50,114 nucleotides of DNA from an uncultured archaeon. Lineage in GTDB: Archaea; Thermoplasmatota; Penumbrarchaeia; JASLWR01. Positions within the stretch are counted from its first letter, which is position 1, and each line of letters starts with the position of its first letter. The notes beneath the pieces are model-generated. The model was not told the origin of the DNA and did not search any database. It was given only the letters and a program-made list of their open reading frames with translations. The stretch is from the NCBI GenBank assembly GCA_964430885.1, contig CAYSHM010000008.1:73254-123367 (forward strand), written 5' to 3'. Position numbers and translations under genes: made by a program. This document shows, piece after piece, positions 18,743 through 28,374 of the stretch.

Positions 18743-19453
18743 ATGGCATCGGTGATTCGGTTATCAAAGGTGGTAAAGGATTTCAACGGTTTTAAGGCCC
18801 TCAAAGGAGTATCATTCACTGTGGACAAAGGTGAGCTCTTCGGCTGTTTCGGTCCCAACGGAGCTGGTAAGACAACACTGATAAGGATAATAACCGGGCA
18901 GCTGCCAATGACATCCGGGCAGGTAAGTGTTCTTGGTATTGACCCATCCAGAAGACCTGTCGGAGTAAAGAAAAGAGTAGGGATAATGCCTGAAAGCGAA
19001 TCCCCTCCATCCTTCCTTACCGGTTGGGAGTATCTCTATTTTGTTGGGAAGATACGTAAATTGATCATTATCGAGGAATCCATAAAAAAGTGGCTGGTTT
19101 TCTTTGACCTGGAGGAAAAGAAGGATTCCCTGTGCAAGGATATGTCCAAGGGAATGAGGCAGAAGATAATGCTGTCGGCAGCCTTCATGTCGGAACCCGA
19201 ACTTCTGATATTGGATGAACCTTTGATCAACTTGGATCCGATTTATCAAAGAAGGGTTAAGGATTTTTTAAAGGAATATGCCAAGGACCATACCATATTT
19301 CTCTGCACTCACATCCTGGAAGCAGCGGAAGAATTGTGCACCAACACTGTAATACTAAACAAGGGAAACATTGTCGGCAGGGGTAAAATATCCCAGCTCA
19401 GGTCGAAGAAGAATGAAAAACTTGAAGATATATTTTTAAGATTGGTGGAATAG
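18743..19453 (+). CDS. ABC transporter ATP-binding protein (ABC-2/CcmA-like)
   Basis: Walker A GPNGAGKTT, signature MSKGMRQK, Walker B LLILDEP, H-loop CTH. Confidence 0.95.
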   Translation: MASVIRLSKVVKDFNGFKALKGVSFTVDKGELFGCFGPNGAGKTTLIRIITGQLPMTSGQVSVLGIDPSRRPVGVKKRVGIMPESESPPSFLTGWEYLYFVGKIRKLIIIEESIKKWLVFFDLEEKKDSLCKDMSKGMRQKIMLSAAFMSEPELLILDEPLINLDPIYQRRVKDFLKEYAKDHTIFLCTHILEAAEELCTNTVILNKGNIVGRGKISQLRSKKNEKLEDIFLRLVE

Positions 19454-19621
19454 ACATTGACCTATCCGCCCATTTCATTCTATGATAAATACTAATATCC
19501 ATCTGGATAAAAACCTATATATAAAGAAATTATTGTTAGGAAGATAATTATACTGCCGATTATTATCCTTGTTATTCAATAATTGGCTCAGATACGAACT
19601 CAACTCAAGAGAGGTTGCTAT

Positions 19622-22426
19622 TTGGTCGAGGAAAATCCTGACAGACTAGGATCGCAGGGACGGGGGTCTGAGAAGGGGCAGGATAGTGATTCCCAGGATG
19701 AAAATGCTCCGAGAATTGGAAACAAAATGGATAGCATTCTGGATTCGATCCTGAACCGTTTCATGGGAAAGGCTAGGAAGACCCAGGAAAAATATCAGCA
19801 TACACTTCCTAAATTGAAAGATAGAGTTGACAAAGTTACCAAGGAAAGCGCAGACCGGTTGAAGAATCTGGATCAGAAAGGAGACAAGTTTGTAGGCAAG
19901 ATCCGCATTTCAAAATTTACTGATGCCCTAATAACTCCTATAGTAAAAAGGCCCTTTATTCCTCTGCTGCTGGTAATCACTCTTGTGATCATTGCCATAC
20001 CCGGTCTATTCAATGTCAGGGATAATATTAGGGGCGATATGGAGGTTTACCTCCCCCTTGAGGCCAGGGAAACCGAAATCATTGAAGAGGTAAGACAGAA
20101 CTGGACAATAGATATTCTAATGATCTATATCGAGACAGGAAATGTCAACGACCGTACAAACGAGACAAACATAACCAGCCTTGATGTCCTGAATGACATA
20201 TCCCTGATCGAGAGGACACTAGACCCCCAAAAATACGATAGAGGCGAAAACGATTCGGTCATTTTCACTTTATCCATTGCTTCATTAATAAAAGAAATAA
20301 ATTCCACAGCTCCCAGGTTTGCCCAGGCAGTGATAGATGAGTTCGGGATAGGTGAGCTTGGACAGTACCCATTACCGCCCGGTGAATACTCCATACCCCA
20401 GGACCAGACGCGGATCGATACCATCATGGACCAGATCCCCCTATCCGCTATCGCCCCTCTTCTGGCCGATACCAACGATGACGGGATATACGATTCCACA
20501 ATAGCGGTTATCGGTATAACCGCTGAAACCGACCAGGACGATTTCATGAGACGGGCCGAAGGCGCCTTCTCCAATGTCAAATTCTGCTCAATGACCTCCA
20601 CGGGTCCCATACCAATGACCCAGGATCTTACCGATAGGATATATGAAGAAATGATCAAAGTGGTCCCCATTGCCGTTATCATGATTGGCATCTCCCTTTT
20701 CCTTTTCCACAGGAATTGGAAGATTCTGGTGATCGAGGGGATCCCACTGATATCCGAACTGATAATAACCTTCGGTATTGTGGGTTATCTCGGAATGGTG
20801 CTCACACCCCAAATAGTACTGGTAGCACCCATAATTGCCTCCCTGGGTGTAGCCAATGGTCTATATATCACAAACAAATATTCTGAAACCGATCATATCA
20901 AGGACCGGTCTCTGAGAATGAGGCTTTCAATCCAGAGCACAGCAAAACCTATCATTTTTGCAGCCCTGACAACATCACTGGGGTTTCTTTCCCTTACAAC
21001 CATTAATATGATCCCAATGAAAATGCTGGGAGTTGCTTTGGCCATCGGCATATTAACTGATTTCGTTGTGACATTCCTGACCGTTCCGGCACTGGTCCTT
21101 CTACTGAGATACAAGAAGAAAACAAAGGTTGGCAAGAAAAGCAAATTCTCCAAGTTACCTGTGAATCATACAAAGAAGGTACTTTTCGCTGTAATTATAC
21201 TCGTTGTCATGTCCCTTGTATCCATAGTTTATCCCGGGATAGAGGCGAACATGGATTATATGGCAATGTCACCCCAGGATGAACCCTCCATCATCAAACT
21301 GGATCAATATACTAGAAACTTTGAAGGGGGACAGATCAACATGTTCCTTGTCAGAGGGCGTCCAGCTAAAGAGAACAGCATACGCCAAAGCATGAAGGAC
21401 TTGGAACTTCTGGATGATCTTGACTATCTATCTTCCAAGATTAACGGGGATCCGGATAATCCTAACGATCACGGTGTCGACAACAGCATGGCATTGGGAA
21501 TAACGGATATAATGCGTACAATTCGTGTTCCGAATATGACCGATATCCCGCCATTGGAGGAACTCTTTGACATATTCCCGGCCCTTGAAGATATCTATCT
21601 GAACTCGGCGGTGGAGGATTTTACATTCTGGGACCTTATCCACTCCGACAATCTGAACCAGGAACGTAAGGAGCAGATGGTGAACATTTTCTATAATTCC
21701 CTCACCTATGAAATGAGAGGAATGCTTATCAACGATGACTACTCCAGAACCCTTGTATATGTTACCATGCCCAATATGGATACTGTTCATACGGAGAAGG
21801 CGGTTGATGGGGTCAATGATAATTTAGATAAGTTCTCGGTGGGTGATTCCACATCCCTGTTGACGGGGTTCGGGCCCATTGTTGTGAAGGTGAACAGTCT
21901 GCTGGTGGAGAGCAGTCTTATCAGTACTGCCATGGCCATCTTACTTGTTGGGATACTCCTGGTTATAGGTTTCAAATCGATCAAATTTGCAGTGCTGACT
22001 ATTATTCCCATCATTTTTGTGGTGGGCTTCCAGCCCCTGGCATTTCTGCTGACCAAGGGGATCGGAGGTATCGTTGGACAGAGTTTCAGCGGACAGCTTA
22101 ACCTGTTTTCAGCCATGATCGGCTCGGTAATTATCGGACTGGGTATAGATTTCGCGATCCATATGACCGATACTATTAGAGAAAAAGGCGGTCGGCTGAA
22201 GAACGTCACAGAGAGTGTGGCAACAACGGGAAGAAGCTTTGTGGAAACAACCATCACCATGTGCATGGGTCTTTTCGCTATACTCTTTATTAATATTGTA
22301 TCGGTCCGTGAGTTCATTGTTCTTATAATACTGCTTCTTGTCTATTCAATGGTAGGAGGGCTTCTCATATTACCTACTTTATACACATACTACCTCAAGA
22401 GTAAAAAGAAGAAAGAAGAGTATTGA
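19622..22426 (+). CDS. RND superfamily / MMPL-type exporter
   Basis: Two (1 TM + ectodomain + 5 TM) halves; AALTTSLGFLSL, TGFGPI, GLGIDFAIH. Start uncertain (TTG 19622 after AGAGGT; track uses 19583). Confidence 0.9.
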   Translation: MVEENPDRLGSQGRGSEKGQDSDSQDENAPRIGNKMDSILDSILNRFMGKARKTQEKYQHTLPKLKDRVDKVTKESADRLKNLDQKGDKFVGKIRISKFTDALITPIVKRPFIPLLLVITLVIIAIPGLFNVRDNIRGDMEVYLPLEARETEIIEEVRQNWTIDILMIYIETGNVNDRTNETNITSLDVLNDISLIERTLDPQKYDRGENDSVIFTLSIASLIKEINSTAPRFAQAVIDEFGIGELGQYPLPPGEYSIPQDQTRIDTIMDQIPLSAIAPLLADTNDDGIYDSTIAVIGITAETDQDDFMRRAEGAFSNVKFCSMTSTGPIPMTQDLTDRIYEEMIKVVPIAVIMIGISLFLFHRNWKILVIEGIPLISELIITFGIVGYLGMVLTPQIVLVAPIIASLGVANGLYITNKYSETDHIKDRSLRMRLSIQSTAKPIIFAALTTSLGFLSLTTINMIPMKMLGVALAIGILTDFVVTFLTVPALVLLLRYKKKTKVGKKSKFSKLPVNHTKKVLFAVIILVVMSLVSIVYPGIEANMDYMAMSPQDEPSIIKLDQYTRNFEGGQINMFLVRGRPAKENSIRQSMKDLELLDDLDYLSSKINGDPDNPNDHGVDNSMALGITDIMRTIRVPNMTDIPPLEELFDIFPALEDIYLNSAVEDFTFWDLIHSDNLNQERKEQMVNIFYNSLTYEMRGMLINDDYSRTLVYVTMPNMDTVHTEKAVDGVNDNLDKFSVGDSTSLLTGFGPIVVKVNSLLVESSLISTAMAILLVGILLVIGFKSIKFAVLTIIPIIFVVGFQPLAFLLTKGIGGIVGQSFSGQLNLFSAMIGSVIIGLGIDFAIHMTDTIREKGGRLKNVTESVATTGRSFVETTITMCMGLFAILFINIVSVREFIVLIILLLVYSMVGGLLILPTLYTYYLKSKKKKEEY

Positions 22427-22568
22427 GAGTATTTATTATTCATGTTTAAGACACTCTACCCATATTAGACTGCATCACATTGAACCTGCAGAATAACCTC
22501 ACCAATACCTTTATTTAGAAATATATTCTATTAACCAGTCGCTTTTTATTTCAATTTGTAAAAACCTT

Positions 22569-22642
22569 GGGTCCATAGCTCAGCTAGGTGGAGCGTTCGG
22601 CTCTTAACCGAATGGTCAAGGGTTCGAATCCCTTTGGACCCG
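22569..22642 (+). tRNA. tRNA-Lys (CTT)
   Basis: Acceptor stem GGGTCCA/TGGACCC + G discriminator; D arm GCTC..GAGC; anticodon arm TTCGG-CT-CTT-AA-CCGAA; T arm AAGGG-TTCGAAT-CCCTT. No intron; CCA not fully encoded. Confidence 0.97.
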
Positions 22643-22754
22643 CCTGTTCTTTCATTCTAATATTGGCCGTTTCTGGATGATTTTTCGATTTTACGATCAT
22701 TGCAGAAATTTTCTTGACGCTAATTTTTTATATAATCTGGATATAATCTGCATC

Positions 22755-24053
22755 ATGGAGAGGCAGGAAAAGGAATCGTCACCTATAAAAAAAGAGGAGC
22801 TCATGAACATTTTCTGGGCACTCTTGGTGGGGGTGGCAGTTCTACCCCTGATATATTCCCTGGCCTTCTTTGTTAGAATCGGTTCCGAATTTATTTTAAC
22901 CTTTGGAGAAATAGTCGGAATCGGAGGATATTGGTGGCTTCTTCCCATTATAGGTGTCTTCGGTCTAATAGCAGGAATTATAGCTCTGAACATTTCCCCC
23001 GAATCCGAGGGGCCTGGGCTCCATGTTGTTATCAGTGCCTTTCATAAAAGAAAGGGAATACTCAGATTGAGGACGATTCCATCAAAGTACATTGCTACTT
23101 TTTTTACTATCGGATGGGGCGGGCCCAGCGGCCTTGTTGGCCCTTCGGCCCTTTTGGGAAATGCGACTGGCGGATTGATTGGAAAGTACATCAAAGTCCA
23201 CGGAGAGCAGATCCGAACCCTTTCCCTGTGCGGTATTGCCGCAGCGGTCTCGACACTTCTGGGTACTCCCTTAGGAGCTGCAATTTTTGCAGTTGAGGTG
23301 GTTTACAGCGATAAACTACTTTACCGGCGTTTATTCTACTGTCTGATATCCAGTATTACTGCCACACTTATGACATTCTGGCTTGACATTAGACTTTTAA
23401 AGTTCACAATAATTACCGAACTGCCTTCACCTACACCTCTTGAGGTAGCACTAATGGTTGGTACTGCCTTCATGGTTATGGTGCTGAACCTTCTCTACAT
23501 CAAACTTTATCAAACAATACATGATTTTTTTCGAAAATGGTCATGGAGAGGAAATGACTGGATCGAACCAATGTTCGGGATGCTCATGGGTGCAGTTCTC
23601 GTAATTCCGCTATATTCCACACTGCTGGATCTGCATATTGTCGGGGGGGGACAGATAGAAATAGAAAAGATGATGGATCTGGAAATTATTAAAATTTTAC
23701 TATTGGCCGGAGCGCTTTTCCTATCCACTGCTCTAATTTCCGGCAGCCAAGGCAGCGGTGGGCTGTTCATGCCAGTAACGATAATAGGTATGCTTATCGG
23801 ATTGGCAGTAGCTTCGGCTGCTAATGCAGATCTGCCCATCATCCTCATGGCTGCAGGAATAAGTGCAGCTCTATGCACAACACTCAATGTCCCTATAGCT
23901 TCGGCAATAATACCAATAGAGCTCTTCGGACCCGTAGCTCTATTCCCTTCATGCATAGGTGCTCTGGTGGGTTACATTTTCGCCAAACGGTTCATAATAT
24001 ATCATGAGATCAGCTGGGATGCTCTGAAAAAGAATGATTCCGGTGATGAATGA
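22755..24053 (+). CDS. ClC family anion channel/transporter with atypical selectivity and gating motifs, no CBS domains
   Basis: Multi-TM; EGPGLH, SGLVGP, GTPLGAAIFAVEV, GSGGLFMP, PIASAIIPIELFG, C-terminal IIY. ATG 22755 lies about 25 bp after TTTTTATATA (likely leaderless). Confidence 0.9.
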   Translation: MERQEKESSPIKKEELMNIFWALLVGVAVLPLIYSLAFFVRIGSEFILTFGEIVGIGGYWWLLPIIGVFGLIAGIIALNISPESEGPGLHVVISAFHKRKGILRLRTIPSKYIATFFTIGWGGPSGLVGPSALLGNATGGLIGKYIKVHGEQIRTLSLCGIAAAVSTLLGTPLGAAIFAVEVVYSDKLLYRRLFYCLISSITATLMTFWLDIRLLKFTIITELPSPTPLEVALMVGTAFMVMVLNLLYIKLYQTIHDFFRKWSWRGNDWIEPMFGMLMGAVLVIPLYSTLLDLHIVGGGQIEIEKMMDLEIIKILLLAGALFLSTALISGSQGSGGLFMPVTIIGMLIGLAVASAANADLPIILMAAGISAALCTTLNVPIASAIIPIELFGPVALFPSCIGALVGYIFAKRFIIYHEISWDALKKNDSGDE

Positions 24054-24081
24054 ACAAATATATTTCCTCAATGAGAGTATT

Positions 24082-24774
24082 TCATAATTTTGAACCGCAG
24101 GCCTCGCAAACAAGCCTCTCACCAATAAGACTTATCTTTTTGACCGGCGCACCGCAGTGAGGGCATTCAGTTATATCCCTCTGATGGATCAATCCCTTCT
24201 CTGTGAAGAATTCTCCGGTTTCCCGATCAAAATATCCGACAATATAATTCTCCTCAATTGCACCCAATATCATTTTCAGTGCTTCCTGTTCGTTAACGTT
24301 CATCTTCTTTGCCATCTTTACGATTCCCACCCTTCTGTAAGCACCTAGAAGTTTTGCCATCTCCTTGAGTTTCAAAGCATTTCGGGCCATGAACTCTCCG
24401 GTTTTCCTATTAAATTCTCCATCAATGATATTGCGCCTAATGCATACTGTTATGGTCTGTTCGGCCTGAAACTCAGAGACATTCATCTTTTGGGCCAAAT
24501 TGGACACCTTAATCCTCTGGTATCCCTTGATCATCTCACCTATCTGTTTTAAACGTCTAGCCCTTAGAAAAAGAGCTCCGCCTATCAATAGAAGAACCAT
24601 ACCTCCACCTAGACCGACAATGGAACAGACCCCAAACATATTGAAGAACCCACCCTCATCCATGGTTAGGAGAGCCATAAGCAGACTCACGCCACCAAAA
24701 AAGAAGCCGGCTAAAGAGAAGAACAGAACCGCCCATCCGTCTCTCCAGAAATCCACAGGATCTATTTTGGGCAT
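24082..24774 (-). CDS. Membrane protein with two tandem PCI-like winged-helix repeats and a C-terminal zinc ribbon
   Basis: 2 N-terminal TMs; repeats YQRIKVSNLAQKMNV..IDGEFNRKTGEF and YRRVGIVKMAKKMNV..IVGYFDRETGEF; CPHCG..CEACG. Confidence 0.8.
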   Translation of the reverse strand: MPKIDPVDFWRDGWAVLFFSLAGFFFGGVSLLMALLTMDEGGFFNMFGVCSIVGLGGGMVLLLIGGALFLRARRLKQIGEMIKGYQRIKVSNLAQKMNVSEFQAEQTITVCIRRNIIDGEFNRKTGEFMARNALKLKEMAKLLGAYRRVGIVKMAKKMNVNEQEALKMILGAIEENYIVGYFDRETGEFFTEKGLIHQRDITECPHCGAPVKKISLIGERLVCEACGSKL

Positions 24775-24831
24775 TTATCCTCACAACCATCCAATATTCA
24801 ATGAGAAATACCTAGCCGCAGATCATTGATT

Positions 24832-25338
24832 CTATTTATTCCAATTGTTGTATCGGACCCGGTCCAGCTTAAAGATATTCTTGGGCAGTTTATCCTCATC
24901 GGGATAGCCAATTGGAATCATCGAAAACGGGATAATATTTTCCGGAATATCCAGAAGTCCTCTGATACCAGCTACCCGATCAGGTCTCGGATATACTCCC
25001 AGCCACACGCCTCCCAAACCCTTGTCAGCTATTGACAGAAGTATATTCTGGGTTGCTGCGGCGCAATCCTGTATCCAGTAGCCTTGGCTTTTAACAAGGT
25101 CCATATCGGCGCATACCAGTATTGCAGCCTGAGCGGTTCGGCACATTTTTGATGAGGGATGAACATTGGGAATATTATCCAGCACTTTGCGGTCATCGAT
25201 CAGAATGAAATGCCAGGGCTGCTGGTCCATGGCTGATGGTGCATTCATACCTGCCTTGATAAAATTCAATACCATTTCTTTCGGCACATGTACATCCTTG
25301 AATTTCCTGATGCTTCTGCGTTTGAATATTGTTTCCAT
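24832..25338 (-). CDS. Nitroreductase family protein
   Basis: RRSIRKF, APSAMDQQPWHF, QDCAAATQNILL, GLGGVWLG, IPIGYP. Confidence 0.95.
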   Translation of the reverse strand: METIFKRRSIRKFKDVHVPKEMVLNFIKAGMNAPSAMDQQPWHFILIDDRKVLDNIPNVHPSSKMCRTAQAAILVCADMDLVKSQGYWIQDCAAATQNILLSIADKGLGGVWLGVYPRPDRVAGIRGLLDIPENIIPFSMIPIGYPDEDKLPKNIFKLDRVRYNNWNK

Positions 25339-25379
25339 GTGATTTCACCCAATTTATGATTCATGATTCGTCAATTCAA

Positions 25380-26786
25380 TTACCGAATGAAACCCTCTAG
25401 GGCTTTTTTGAAGGGTTCCTTTGCGGCCATTAATACGCCTGCACCAACCTGTCCGACACCCGGTTCCCTATGGGCAACACCGGTATCAATGAAAGGTGTG
25501 ATATCTTTCTCCACCACCTTTATGATATCTATACCTGTAGGCGTACCCCTGAAATTGAGATACGGTATCTGGTATATGTTGTTCTCTCCAACGGATATCT
25601 CATACATCTTAAGGGTATATTCATTGGCGTCACTTGAGCTGCCCCCCACGAACTGAACAATGGCCGGTGAAGCTGCAATGGCAAATCCCCCCAATCCGTT
25701 GGTCTCGGTGATGGAGCTGTCGCCGATATCCGGGTTGGCATCCTCCTTTCGATATCCTGGAAAGAAAAGGGCATCGGGTACCGGTGCCTTTCCCGTGAAC
25801 CATTTATCTCCGGTCCCGGATACCTGGATTCCGAAATCAGTTCCATTCCTGGTCATGGCTGTAACCATGGAGCTGTTCCTTATATTCCTTGCCGCATCCA
25901 GGGTCACCTTGCATGCAGGCATGGATAGGTTCAGGAAAAAATGATCATTGCCGTCTATGAAATTCAGCACGGCCTCGGCATTTTCCCTACTGTCCGCTGT
26001 CCTTAGTATGTGCGGAGCTATCTTCCTGTAGAAAAGAGAGGTGGCCGCCCTGTTCCTGTTGTGAACCTCGTCACCCATGTGCAGGGATTGAGCTATGATA
26101 TTCTTGATATCAATTGGGCCGCAACTCTCCAATGCTTTTCTAAGATTGGGATATAGGACATTTTCCATCCACTTAAGCTTCGTTATCACTTCAGGCCCGT
26201 AAGCTCCATATCTTAGAACCTTTCCCAGGCCCTCGTTCATTGTACAGTAAGCTTGGTTTCCGAATTCTGCGTTCTTCAAAACAAATACCGGCATGGAGGG
26301 GGATACTATACCGGCCATAGGGCCCACGGTATTGTGCTCGTGACAGGGTGAATATTCAATGATACCTGAAGATCCCAGGGCCTCGGCGTCCTCCTTATTA
26401 TAAGCCCTTCCCTCATACATCAGGGCGCCTATAATGGCTCCCCTCATTGGTCCGCACATTCGGCCCCAACCGATGGGTGGACCTGCGTGAAGAATGGTGT
26501 CTTCCGACAATCCGGGAATGACCTCCCTGGCCGTGGATAAACCCACCAGTTCCGGTTTGCCCTTCAATATCCTCCCTAAAGCTTCTCCATTCGCCTGTTC
26601 TATCATGGCCTTTTTATCCTCAGATATGCTATCCAGTAAATCAACCATCCTACTGTCCCCTCCTGCCCGGGGTTTCCAATCTACCTGTAAGGATTCACCG
26701 CCACTTTCTCTTATACCCTGATTGAATCCCTCCAATCCCATATTAACAACCTTTAATCCATCCTTGAACAAATTGCTTTTTGTCAT
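25380..26786 (-). CDS. DUF1116 protein (YahG/YlbE, oxamate carbamoyltransferase subunit AllG-like)
   Basis: LHAGPP, PCHEHNTVGPMAG, NEGLGKVLRYGAY, MGDEVHNRN, NDHFFLN, RNGTDFGI, DIGDSSITE, GVAH..PGVGQVGAG. Confidence 0.93.
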   Translation of the reverse strand: MTKSNLFKDGLKVVNMGLEGFNQGIRESGGESLQVDWKPRAGGDSRMVDLLDSISEDKKAMIEQANGEALGRILKGKPELVGLSTAREVIPGLSEDTILHAGPPIGWGRMCGPMRGAIIGALMYEGRAYNKEDAEALGSSGIIEYSPCHEHNTVGPMAGIVSPSMPVFVLKNAEFGNQAYCTMNEGLGKVLRYGAYGPEVITKLKWMENVLYPNLRKALESCGPIDIKNIIAQSLHMGDEVHNRNRAATSLFYRKIAPHILRTADSRENAEAVLNFIDGNDHFFLNLSMPACKVTLDAARNIRNSSMVTAMTRNGTDFGIQVSGTGDKWFTGKAPVPDALFFPGYRKEDANPDIGDSSITETNGLGGFAIAASPAIVQFVGGSSSDANEYTLKMYEISVGENNIYQIPYLNFRGTPTGIDIIKVVEKDITPFIDTGVAHREPGVGQVGAGVLMAAKEPFKKALEGFIR

Positions 26787-26790
26787 GTTA

Positions 26791-28374
26791 TTACACCCCC
26801 TTCTCCAATTTTCCTTCCATCAACTCATATATGACCAACGCAGACAGCCTGCAGGCTTCATAGTTTGAATTCATAACAACTGCCCCTGCCCTCTCCAGCT
26901 CCCGAGCGACCTTGGACCTGTTCTGCGGATCCATATCAGTCCCGGTAACCGAACATATTACTGATATTTTGGTGTTTCGGGTTCCTGCTATCTCCTTTAC
27001 CTCTTCAAGGACCGGGACCAGTTCTTTCCCGGGATCCATATTGGAACCGTAACCCAGAACAACATCCAGAAGAATAACCGCTACCTCAGGATCCATTGCT
27101 TCTGCCAATATACGTTTATTCCTGAGTGTGTAATCTATCATTGGGTGTGGTCTCCCCCTTGTAAATTCATCCTCACCCAGATCCACAACGGTATTCCCCA
27201 TGCTTTTCCAGGGATCACTTAGTTCATGTTCCTTATTAGCGGATATATTGCAGAAAACAGAGGAAACTACACCTTTGAATGTAATCAGTGCTTCGTGGCA
27301 GAAGGTCCCGCCGCTGAAGAGGCCTCTCAGATACTTCTGGCCGAGTGATGAACTGCCGGCAATTTCCTTAGCCTTGATTTCGAGCTTTTCTTGTCCCTCC
27401 GGGTAACGATCGGCTGAAACCTTACCATATTTAGACAGTTCCAGCGCTTTGATCGCTGCTCCTTCAAGAGTATCAGAAAAATAATAATTCAATTTGGGTC
27501 TATCCTCAATTGTTTCACCCAGGTACACAGCCACAACTGGCTTATCCAGCTTGGATATCAGATCATCTATCTTGATCACAACATCCCTGTGAGGAGGTTT
27601 GGATACAATTGCTATTACCTGGGTTGCCGGATCCGATGCCAGGAGTTTGATCCCTTCAATGGTCATCAATCCTCCAACCTCTTTCTTGACATCCCGTCCT
27701 CCTGTCCCTATGGCCTGAGAGATCCCTCCGCCCATGTTCGAGATCAAGGTGCTGACCTCCTGCAGACCTGTTCCTGAAGCTGCCACCAGTCCAATATTTC
27801 CTCTATTGACCACATTAGCAAATGCAAGAGGTATTCCGTTTATTATGGCGGTCCCGCAGTCTGGACCCATGACGAGCAAACCCTTGTCCCTGCCTAACTT
27901 CTTCAGTTCCACTTCATCATCCAAACCGACATTGTCAGAGAACAGCATGACATGAAGACCAGCTTTTAATGCCCTTCTTGCTTCTCCGGCGGCATATTTA
28001 CCGGGTAATGATATCAGGACCATATCTGAATCAGGATTTTCCTCAAGGGAATGGTCCAATGAATAATACTTTTCCTCATTCACAGTGCTCTTCTTCTTCC
28101 GCACCTCATCCAAAAGATCAGGAACGCTCTTCAAGGCCATACCCAGAGAATCCATATCATGGGCCTTTACCGCTACCAGAAGATCGGTATCATCGGTTTT
28201 CTTGAAATCATTCAATAGAAGTCCCGCTGATGAGAGGATTGACATGTTCTCCCTGGTACCCATTACAACAGCGGCATCCTCAATCCCGGCCATTTCCGAG
28301 ATCATTCTAGCTACATTCATCAAGGTCACTGAATCGAAATATTCTCCTTTCATTATCTTACTGCCGTATTCCAT
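26791..28374 (-). CDS. fdrA: FdrA/YahF acyl-CoA synthetase-like protein (oxamate carbamoyltransferase subunit AllF-like)
   Basis: YFDSVTLM, HVMLFSDNV, VMGPDCGTA, ASGTGLQE, AIGTGGRD, GLFSGGTFCHE, DLGEDEFTRGRPHPMID, LLDVVLGYG. ATG 28374 follows GAGGTGG. Confidence 0.95.
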   Translation of the reverse strand: MEYGSKIMKGEYFDSVTLMNVARMISEMAGIEDAAVVMGTRENMSILSSAGLLLNDFKKTDDTDLLVAVKAHDMDSLGMALKSVPDLLDEVRKKKSTVNEEKYYSLDHSLEENPDSDMVLISLPGKYAAGEARRALKAGLHVMLFSDNVGLDDEVELKKLGRDKGLLVMGPDCGTAIINGIPLAFANVVNRGNIGLVAASGTGLQEVSTLISNMGGGISQAIGTGGRDVKKEVGGLMTIEGIKLLASDPATQVIAIVSKPPHRDVVIKIDDLISKLDKPVVAVYLGETIEDRPKLNYYFSDTLEGAAIKALELSKYGKVSADRYPEGQEKLEIKAKEIAGSSSLGQKYLRGLFSGGTFCHEALITFKGVVSSVFCNISANKEHELSDPWKSMGNTVVDLGEDEFTRGRPHPMIDYTLRNKRILAEAMDPEVAVILLDVVLGYGSNMDPGKELVPVLEEVKEIAGTRNTKISVICSVTGTDMDPQNRSKVARELERAGAVVMNSNYEACRLSALVIYELMEGKLEKGV

